Source: Mytilus trossulus
Taxonomy: Eukaryota
Reading direction: 5' to 3'
Assembly (NCBI RefSeq): GCF_036588685.1
Contig: NC_086373.1
Coordinates: 73,780,001 to 73,844,000 of the forward strand
DNA length: 64,000 nucleotides
Shown: positions 12,901-23,800 of the stretch, piece by piece
Layout: each line of letters begins with the position of its first letter
Position numbering within the stretch: position 1 is the stretch's first letter
Program-made: the position numbers and the translations under genes
The notes under the pieces: model-generated
What the model was told of the DNA's origin: nothing
Database searches by the model: none
Seen by the model: only the letters and a program-made list of their open reading frames with translations

Positions 12901-15900
12901 ACAAGAGCATTGATGGTGTAATCACCAAATGTAAAGTTGTCTAAAAAGATTCATTTTAGAATAAGCAACTATTATTTACATTTGATATTTTGAATGTAGT
13001 TGCATTAAAATTTATGCATCTTTATTTCAAGCTGACTTTGTATAGTGAAGATTCAAAAAAAGTAATGATGTATTTTGCTGCAAAGGAAAGAAGACATATC
13101 TCTGTTTTAATGTTTTAATTCCCAGATAGATAAAGCCTGAATGTGAATGAATTAAAAGTTAAAATTATTGTTAATTCAAATTTTGAGAATTTTATTTTCT
13201 AATTTATATCTGATTCAATTAAAATCTCCTTGTGAATAGTAATACAAATCTATGTTATTGATATTTCTCCAGAGCGCTGAAGATCTGAATAATTTGAAGA
13301 AAATGCAGCGATTATCTGAACGTGAGGGATGGTTTAACAACCTGAGTAAGACATTGTTCCAGTTATCAAGCCAGGAGGACGATGATGACTCAGATGAGAG
13401 TACACAGGATGCTATAGAGAAAAGGAGGGAAATTCTGGAGAAAGAAATCGCTGAAGAAAGAAAAGCTAAACTTCAGGAAGGTAAGATATAATTATGTTTT
13501 TTATTTCATTTATCACAGGAACACACAGATCTATTTCCATTATCTCAATTTACCTCACGTATTGTCTCAACTATGAAGCTTTTCATAGGAGGCAATGTAT
13601 AGGTTTACTTCTTTTTATTAAGCAGCAATAACTGCAGATTTAAAAAAAGATAGAAATGAAGAAATGTTATTGATTTGATTGGTAGACCTGTATCCATGAT
13701 TTTTATGCCCCATTTATGGGCATTATGTTTTCTGGTCTGTGCATCCTTTTGTCCATCCGTCCATTGTTCATCCATCTGTCCCTTTTGATGAAGTTGAAGT
13801 TTAATCAACTTGTTACTTAGTACAAATGTTTCTTATGATACGATCTTTCTAATTTTAATGCCAAATTAGAGTTTGTACCTTAATTGTGCAGTCCTCTAAA
13901 CATAGAAAATGATAGTGCAAGTGGGGTATCCATGTACTATGGACACATTCTTGTTTTTATTATTATTTTCAATCATATAATTTATTTATTTGCATTATGA
14001 GAAAAATAGATTCTTATGTTGAATTCAAAGAGACCAATCAAATTGCTTTTCTTATTCAATCATCACAACTGACAAGATTTACTGAGCTTTTACTGAAACT
14101 ATTTAACTTGGAATTGAAAATTTAAAAAAAAAATAGGTCAACTACTGAAAATTCATTTGCTATACAGACTAGATATCTCTGTTTCACCAGTCTAATGTCA
14201 ATTTGTGCACAAAAATCATTTAATCTTTAAAATGTTTAAATATTTAACATACCTTTATGACTTCAACTTTCCCTATACCTATCAGTTAGTTTTGAAATGC
14301 AAAAACCACATGATGGTATAAACAAATGTACTTAAATTTTCCAAGCTTTAACCCATCTCTTCTACAAATGTTGCACATGATAGATGTCAATCAGTCTATA
14401 TTTGTCTTAATCCTTTATTATGTTGTTAAGTACAGCTATTTGTAAGAACCAGGCAGAGTGCGATACATGAAGGTTTCAGATTTTTTCTATAATTGGTCTA
14501 GAAGAAGCAATAAATGAAAAATGCTCAAAAAATAATTTTGAGTGGGAAAATATAAGTGGTTGCCATGGTAACTGACACACAATTTTTTGGTTGTTAAGCG
14601 TTGTAAAATCTTTCAAAAATCAGCTAAATCACCACATTTCAGAGCCTGATTATGAATAGAATAATGCATTTTTCCGTTAATTTTCATATGTAACATTGAT
14701 AGAACCTGGTTTAAGCTTCATTTTAGTGAAGATTGCATGTCAACCAAATTTGTAATTTTTTTGTAAAATTTTGTGAAAAAATGCATATTTTCAACTTTTC
14801 TGAAAATTGGATTTTTGCTGAATTACCACATTTTCTCTGGTGTTTTTCAGAAAAGTGCAAATGTGTACAGAATAGTTAGCACTGTAGTTATGAAGTTTGG
14901 ATACTACTTTACCAAATTTAATAGAAAAATGTGTGGGATTTTTTTTAGTTTTATCACCATAGCAACCGATTTTTTCCTTGGAAACAGAGTTTTCATTTGC
15001 AGAATATTGCAGTATAAGAGCTTAAATGTCCTGATTTTTTCATAACCGATAAGAAAAATACATAAAAGCTAACGCAAACTTTAAATTACAATTGTCAAGT
15101 GTTGTTGACTTCAATTGTTACCACGGAAACACATATTATCCTTAGCAACATCCACTCTGAAATTGCATAAATATAAACTTATGTAAAAAAATACATAAAT
15201 AGAGGGTGTTTATTTTCAAATTGGAATATGACTGCTTTGCTTCACTTACAGGCTATTCTGTTTATTTCATACGGTCCAACAAATGTAATATATAATGTAA
15301 TATTATGGTTTGAAGGTTAGAAAGAAAGGGGGGGGGGTGTTAGGTTTATTTTTCTAAGATATCATACATGTAGATTCTTAAAAAGATTATGTTTGGTCTG
15401 AGAGCCTGATTATAAATCGAATCATTTTTTTTTTCAGAAATTTTATATATTTGAGATCGATAATCTATAACTTGGGTTTAGCTTCAGAGGTTTGTTAAGG
15501 TACATTGCAGTTCTCTTGCCATGTTTTTGATTTTTTGTCAGATTTTCGGAAACCTCAGGTTTTATTCATTTGAATGCCATAAAAAAAGGCATTGCCCCCA
15601 TTTATCTTTTTATAAATCTTTTACATGTATAATGATAAGCAATCTGTAAAAGTTTTATAAAATTCAAATTATTTTTGGATAGTTTTGAGAATGTAAACTT
15701 GTCAATGAAATAGCTAAGAAAAGTCAAGAGAGACTATTTTTCCCGCCAAAATTTCAATGGCTAATATCTCGAAATCAAGCACATTGATCTGTATATTTTT
15801 TTTAACTCTTTTGATTCCATTATTAATCCCCTATCGATATCCACTTATATTTAAATTGAAAGATCCAAAATAATGTCATACAATTGTGAAACTCCAAGTC

Positions 15901-17846
15901 AAATGGACAAATTTATCTTTCTGCTTTAAAATGAATTAATTCTCAGAATATGATCAAGATTCTTTGATAGAAAGTCATTGAATTTTCATTTCGATATAAT
16001 GAATTATTTTTAAGATGCTTGGATAGCAATTTAAAAAGAGAGAACATAATTTTATTAATAAAACATCTTAATTCTATATAGATTTCTTGCCAACCTACTT
16101 TACACAAACGAGATCTTACTTTGGTAGTATATTTATATTCGGTTATAGCTATATTAGCAGGGTTGATTTTTGTTTTTCCGTATAACCGCAATTTACTCAA
16201 TTTTCTTTGTAATATATATATACTAGTAGTAACAAGGATATTGTTTCTGGGGGTCTTTATAGTTTGTTGTTCATGCAGTGTAAGCTAATGCTCCGTGTTG
16301 AAAACCGTACTTTGGCCTATGATGGTTTACTTTTAGGAATAGTGACTTAGATAAAGAGTTTTCTTATTGGCATTCATACCACATTTCATGCTCACTTCAT
16401 AACAATTTGAGGGAGGGACTCTTTCAGCACATTTCTAGCACATCTCGATGTTAACACAAGAAAACTTGACTATTATGGGGGATACTGACGATTGTATTGT
16501 TAAAAAATAGTTCTTTTGAATTATGTAGTACATGTCTTGATACTGACTGTTATTTGAGAAATATAGTTGGGTTTTTTCTATTTTGTTTTGGCTCCGATTG
16601 TGAATGAGGCTTATGGTGCTATAAAGATAATTATATCATATTATTATTGTTATAAAGTCTTTATGTTGTTCCAATCATTATACCGCCGCTTCAAAAAAGT
16701 GGGGTATACTGTTTTGCCTCTGTCTGTCTCTCCGTCCTTCCATCCGTCCAGTTCATCCCTCCGTCCCATGCATATTTTCGTTGAATTTTTTCATGAACTA
16801 CATTACAAGGATTTCTGAAAGGTTTATTGAAGTCGGCTATATTGTGTGATAAGTTTTCAGATTCGTCACTAAACCACTTCCTGTTTACCGAACACTTTTC
16901 ACATGACAGCCAAGTTAAAAAAAAAAGTAGTTTGCACCATCACTGGTTGTTTATATGCTTTTTATAGACCCTTTAATTTGGAAAAATAAAATATTCTGTT
17001 CTGTTTTATACTATATACAGATTTCGAATTGAGTATATAGAAAGTATTCGAACTACCTAAGCCTGATGTTATATATACGGAATTATTTCTTTAAAAACAT
17101 GTTTTTATACTTAAACGTAATAATACAGACGGACAATTTTTTTTATCCTGTCACCCTTATGCTTGACTTGATAAGTGTTGGACTTATGGATTGTCGGAGT
17201 ATTGGGCTGTCGGAGCAATGGATTGTTGGACTATTGGGTTGTTGTACTAATGGGTTGTCAGACTAATTGGCTGTCGGACTAATGTGCTGTCGGACCAATA
17301 GGTTTTCGGACTAATGGGTTGTCCGACCAAAGGGCTGTCGGACTAATGGGCTGTCGGACTAATGGATTGTCGGACCAATGGGCTGTCAGAATAATAGATT
17401 GTAACCTGTATGGCCTGGTTAACTAAAGACATTTCTAAAAGTTACCATTTGATCTTAGGAGAACCTTTCTGCAGCCCTCTTTTCGCCATACATACACTAC
17501 TATATTTTTCGACTTTCATGTAGATTTTTTTTATCTTTTCTGTTAATTTAAAAAAGAAGATGTGGTATAATTGTTAATGAGACGGTCACATGCCATTATT
17601 CCGAAAAGATAAAAAAAAATCTACATGAAAGTCTAAAAATATAATGGTAGCTTTTAGAAATTTCTTACGTTAACCAGGCCATATAAGGCAAATTATACAG
17701 TTAACAGTGACACCAATAACATTCAAACTTGATCTCTGTGTATACATGTTTCATAAGATTTAATTGAGGCAAACCAAAATTATAAAATAGAAACCAACTT
17801 TGTGACAACTAATGCACTGACGAACATGGGTTAAACCTACTACAAC

Positions 17847-17881
<35 letters not shown>

Positions 17882-20800
17882 AGCGGGAAATGCGGCATGA
17901 AAGTGTTTATTTTAGTTTTTGCCCTTGTACCTTCGCATGACCTTGAATCGATCAAATATGTGCACAAAGAGTGGGACATTGGAAATTTACTTTTTTTATT
18001 CCACATGGGACACTGAAGTCTTTTATTCATGAATGTTTACAACTTGTTGAGACTACAAAACATTGATAATTACAAAGAAAAATAAGATTAGTATGTACTG
18101 CGCTGTTTCTAGTGTTGCAGTTAATTGAATGTGTGGAATTTGTATTCAAATTATTACGGTTATTAATCTTGTATTTATGCAGACATTCTAAGCTTAGTGG
18201 TTCCATTCCAAATCTGGGGATTAATGCAGTCTTTTGTAAAGGTTACAGAGACAGATACAGAAAATAAGGGCGTAATTCATGTAAAGGTTAAAAAAAAACG
18301 TTGAGAATAGCAAAACATTTTGTTTTGAAGATTCATCATAAAAAAATGATACCTCTATTTACCGGTTTACTATCTTTAAGGAAAGGGGATTTCAGAAGGA
18401 TAAGAAGTGTGCTTCAGCTGAACCCCCCTCCCCAAAACACACACACACAACAAGATATTATGTTATCGGAATCTAGAACTTGTGAGATATATGTAGAACG
18501 ACGCATAGTAAGGAATGATTCCTTATTGATACAACTATATTGCTTGATAATTCTGATTTGATAGTTTTGCCGGTAATAGCATAATTATTTTTACCGGGAT
18601 TAGCACAATTCCAACTTAGCAGATGTATTATATTTGTCTATCTCGGAGATCCTGAATTTCAATTAAGAATTGAATGCTTCTTTTTGTAAATTTATTGGGT
18701 GGTAAAAGCGTTGACCGAAGTACATTTTGTATGAAGCGCGGAAGCGCTTCATTCTAAAAATGTACGCACGGTCAACGCTTTTACAACCCTATAAAGTTTC
18801 AAAAAGAAGTATTCAATACTTATAATTACATTTTTTTAGCTAAAATCATGAAAACACGATTTTTATCCAGTTTTATTTAATTCACCTGTTCACTTTTTTG
18901 TGGGACCTCGTGTCATCATGCATGATAAATGTTATTGTCTGATGCAATTGTTTACGGAATAACATGTTAGCCAATCAGAATAACGTATTATAATGAAACT
19001 TACATCTAATGTAATTATTTGCGAATAGTAGTACAACAAAGCAGTTATTGATGATATGTTAATAGCTACATGTATATATTAAGAGGATTCCATTATACTG
19101 GACTTCCGATATTAGCTATCACCCATTGCCTATTATTATTTTTAAAATCACCACCAACTTAAAATGTGTTCAATTTGACTGTCCGTCTATATCCGCCCGT
19201 CCATCACACTTCAGTTTCAGTTTAGAAATGCTTTGACCAAATGATTCTATTATTGGTTTGTTACTATTATGTTACGGATCAATTTTGTGATTTATGCTGG
19301 TGGAATAACATCTCAGACGGATGTCTGCCATAAGAAATTAAGAATTTTCTTACATTTGTTAGGGCCATATATATCTTGCCTTTCTGTAAGCCAGGTTGAC
19401 CCGGCTATTGCAATCCCACGAAGTTCATCATCTGTCAACCTTAAACCAAATGCTCCACAGGGCACAGCTTTATACGACCGCAGAGTTCGAAGCCTGAACA
19501 GTTTGGGCAAGTATGGACACAACATTCAAGCTTGATACAGCTCTGAATGTGGATTGCGATTAAATAGTTGACACAGCATAGTTTTCTGACACAGAATAAA
19601 TGTGGTCTAAGAACTTGAACTTAACAACTTAAAAATTGGACATTTACCTATTATGGTCCAATATCCAAAATCTAAATACATGGTTAGATTCAGCATATCA
19701 AAGAACCCCCAAGAATACATTTTTTGTTAAAAATCAAACTAAGTTTAATTTCGGACCCTTTGAACCTTAATGTAGACCAATTTGAAAACGGGAGCAAAAA
19801 CTAAGAATCTACATTCACAGTTAAGATTAGGCATATTGAAGAACCCAATTATTCAATTTTTGATGAAATCAAACAAAGTTTAATTTTGACCCTTTTGGTC
19901 CCTAATTACTATACTGTTGGGACCAAAACTCCAAAAATCAATCCTAAACCTCCTTTATTGTCATAAACCTTGCGTTAAAATTTCATAGATTTCTATTTAC
20001 TTTAAAGTGCGAAAACCAATGTTTTTTCCGGCGTTTTACGTTTCCGCAAATTGACATTACTTTTCCGGAAAAAAAATATGACGTTTCCGGAAAAAAAGTT
20101 TACAATTCCGCAAATAAATATCTTACTTTTCCGGAAAAAAAGTTACTATTCCGGAAAAATCAATTATTACTTATCTGCAAATAATATTAAAAGTAACCTG
20201 TTGATGAAAGCAGAGCCACAATAAAAAATATTTATAAGTTAAAGGTCTTCATTACATGCAAGTAAAATTCATCATTAAAATGTATATATATCAAAGCGTA
20301 TGTTCAATAGTCAGCACTTATCAGATATATCTTGATATGAGTTCATAAGTCAGTTCTGGCAGACTATTTCGGTGTAGCCAACACGTCTTACAAAGTCCAC
20401 AGTAGTACATTCACCGTTTACAAATTTTGTATTGTGTTCGAGAAGGAAATCCATCTTCTGCTTTTTATATTTCCCAACGGATGTGTTTACAGTTAGAGTT
20501 CTCATCTTTATGTACGATGTTGTTTGTAGTTTCAATAACACATCGACAAAGACAAAAATGTTAAGATGGGTAGTGTAAAACTGCTCGTTCGGGTGGGCAT
20601 TAAAGGCTCGCCACCATTCGTTGTTCTCTTATCCTTTGGTCAGGAGGTGATGTCCAAATGGTTGGTGGTAATCTCGTCTTTTCATCTTATACACAATTCC
20701 AATATATAATCGGCAAACTTCATGCATGTATCCAAGATGGAGCATCGGCTATTAATTCAACAAAGCATTCTTCAATCATGTCAGTTTGAAAGTAAGCCAA

Positions 20801-23800
20801 ACCAAAGAAATGTGTTAGCAATTTAACAAAGTCCGAATCTTTGTCTATGTAATCGGCACTCAAATAATATATTTAATATATTCAAATATTTAAAAAATTT
20901 ACCAGCTAAATTTCCGGAAAAGTAATAAATACAAATTAGCGGAAATGCAATACGCCCGTTTTTTTCGGACGACGAAACGCAATTCTCTTTTCAAGTATCT
21001 ACTTGTATGCAACATTTAAAAAAATCAACTTACCCCTTCCCCTTTTTCCAAGCCCCCCCCCCCCCCCAACCCTAATGTTTCATGACATATTACATATATT
21101 GAACAATCTGAAGAAAAATCCCAGACAAGACTGTGAGTGATGCAAAGAATAAAGTCATATTCCAATTTGAACCCTTTATTTATATATTTTTTTTACATAA
21201 ATTTCTATTTATGCAGTTTTCTAGTGGATGTTGCTATGGATAATATGTCTTTCCGTGGTAACAATTGAAGTCAACAACACTTAACGATTGTAGTTTAAAG
21301 TTTGCGTTAGCTTTTATGTATTTTTCTTATCGGTTATGAAAAAACAGGACATTTAAGCTCTTAAACTGCAATATTCTGCAAATGAAAACTCCGTTTCCAA
21401 GGAAAAAATCGGTTGCTATGGTGATAAAACTAAAAAAAATCCCACACATTTTTCTATTAAATTTGGTAAAGTAGTATCCAAACTTCATAACTACAGTGCT
21501 AACTATTCTGTACACATTTGCACTTTTCTGAAAAACACCAGAGAAAATGTGGTAATTCAGCAAAAATCCCAATTTCAGAAAAGTTGAAAATATGCATTTT
21601 TTCACACAATTTTACAAAAAAAATACAAATTTGGTTGACATGCAATCTTCACTAAAATGAAGCTTAAACCAAGTTCTATCAATGTTACATATGAAAATCA
21701 ATGAAAAGTGCATTATTCTATTCATAATCAGGCTCTGAAATATGGTGATTTAGCTGATTTTTGAAAGATTTTACAACGCTTAACAACCAAAAAATTGTGT
21801 GTCCGTTACCATGGCAACCACTTATATTTTCCCACTCAAAATTATTTTTTGAGCATTTTTCATTTATTGCTTCTACTAGGCCAATTATAGATAAAATCTG
21901 AAACCCCCATGTATCACATGTATATGACACACTGCCTGGTTCTTATAAAGAGTTGTACTTAAATCTTTAAAAAAAAAATTTTGAATGATTCCAGTAATTC
22001 AAAAAGGTAAGTTTTGGCTACAGGGTGTTTGATTTCAAAGGTAGTCAAAGTTTTGTGTGTTTTTTTGTATGTGTGTTTTAACTGTTTATTTTTAAAATGG
22101 CAAGGTTACACTTCATTCTATGCATACATATTATTTAAGAATTGTACTGTACGTGTCTGACAAATTTGCCAAGTTTTTGTGAAAGATTTTTTTTAGCCTT
22201 TTAAATAATGTTTCAAATATTTATGCCTCTACTGCACTCTATGAGTATGGGCTATACTGCAATCACCTTATCCATACACCAGTTTGTCCAACAAATATTT
22301 TCTCATCACACTTTACTCAGAAACTGCTTAATCGACTTGGTATTAGGTCAACAGCTTGTTACAGTGGTGATCTGTCAAATATCTACCTGTTTGCCAATAC
22401 TTTTAATTTTCTATATATTGAATGAACTTCATATTTTTATCTCGCATATATGAAAGACTATTGAACAGAATGATTGAATTGTTGGTAAGCAGCCGAAGTA
22501 ATGAGTTTAAACATAAGTAAGAACTCTGCAGATCTGTAAGACACCAACTTCCCGTTTTCCCATACTTTAATTACAAGTGGGGCTAAGCTAAGCATTCGTG
22601 TTTGATTTAATTTATACAGGAACAAGAATGAAGTACACTTTAAAGTTTATTGTTTCATCTGTAAAATACATTATGCTCAGTATTAGTATTGCATGTATCT
22701 TGGTTAACAAATACTGATATGAAATACTTAATGTTTGTTTTTTGTTGTTGTCTCTGCTTTATGATGCGCTTTGCAGTGATTTATTTACTGTTCTTTTTTT
22801 TACATTGTCATCACAAGGAGAATTTTTTTTGTTGATCTTGAGATTTTTGTCTCGCCTTGACAATAGGTATGATGATTTTGGTGCCCAACAGCGGTGTCAA
22901 CAATGTATTAGTTTGTGACAAGTCTAGTTTATGATGATCCACTAGTGTTAGATAAATAATATTTGGTATGCAGTTGTATAAGCATTGGCACATCTCATTT
23001 CCATGGAGATAATTTTGCCCTCCTCTAAGTCATGGTTTATTGACTTTGAAAATTTTGCTTAGTTTTCATGTATTCCTTTGTGATAAGGTCAGCTAAGGGG
23101 GAACTGTTAGTGGTAGGCCAATGTAAGTTAGTATGCAATTGTATAAGCATTAGCACATACATCTCATTTCCATGGTGAATATTTGGTTCCATGGAGATTA
23201 TATTGCCCCACCCCTCATGATCATCATGGTTCATTGATTTTGAAATGTTTACATAGTTTGCAAGTTAATGTTTGTATTTAGGTTTATTTTAAGGGACCAA
23301 CTTATGATAAGTCAATGGTATCTCATTTCCATGGTGATTGTTTAGACATGTACCTTCAGTCATTGTTCATAGACTTTGAATATTTGCATAACTTACTTGT
23401 TAAAGTGTTGTTATTTTATTTCAACATTTGCATTATCAAAATAACAAAAAGGCAAGACATGGCACAATGGCCAAAGGATGCACTGTTGCTAGCACCTGTT
23501 ATCTGTATGTCCATTTATTCAAAATTTTCATTTGTTTCTTCTCCTGTAAGAAAATACTGGTAAGTAGAATTTGAAAAAACAAACTTAACAGAATTAATGT
23601 TTTTAATGTCCTGGAGTGAGTATGATGATTGAAACAGCAATGATGTAACTTACATTGTACCCATTGATCCTTATTTAAAATCTCAGAAACTTCACCTGAC
23701 AAGTGTAAACTGGATTTGACTGTAATAGTGTGCTGTTATCACTTTTCACACAGTGTTCTCCCCAGAAATTGCATTTAGCATCATGGTAAACAGGGAAATT

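Larger units (their letters stand above)
19430..20980 (-). mobile_element. HINE-like repeat interrupted by a MULE
   Basis: Related segments at ~27100-27360 and ~53680-53740. The host sequence aaaaccaatgttttttc resumes as ggacgacga after the MULE. Confidence 0.55.
14430..21958. mobile_element. 7.5 kb non-autonomous DNA transposon with ~950 bp terminal inverted repeats, flanked by TTAA, carrying nested cargo
   Basis: 14430-~15385 is the reverse complement of ~20986-21958. The outer ~750 bp are near-identical, which is why the 14773 and 21327 ORFs translate alike. TTAA at 14426-29 and 21959-62. Lies within intron 13481-24301. Confidence 0.8.

Noticed and set aside
14773-15045. 90-aa ORF and its near-identical twin at 21327-21605 (-)
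   Set aside because: The identity comes from the inverted arms of the transposon. There is no ATG start, splice context or recognisable domain.
17176-17399. Possible CRISPR-like array
   Set aside because: Contiguous 16 bp units without unique spacers, eukaryotic context, no cas genes.
17809-18030. Gly-rich ORF
   Set aside because: Artefact of the poly-C tract.
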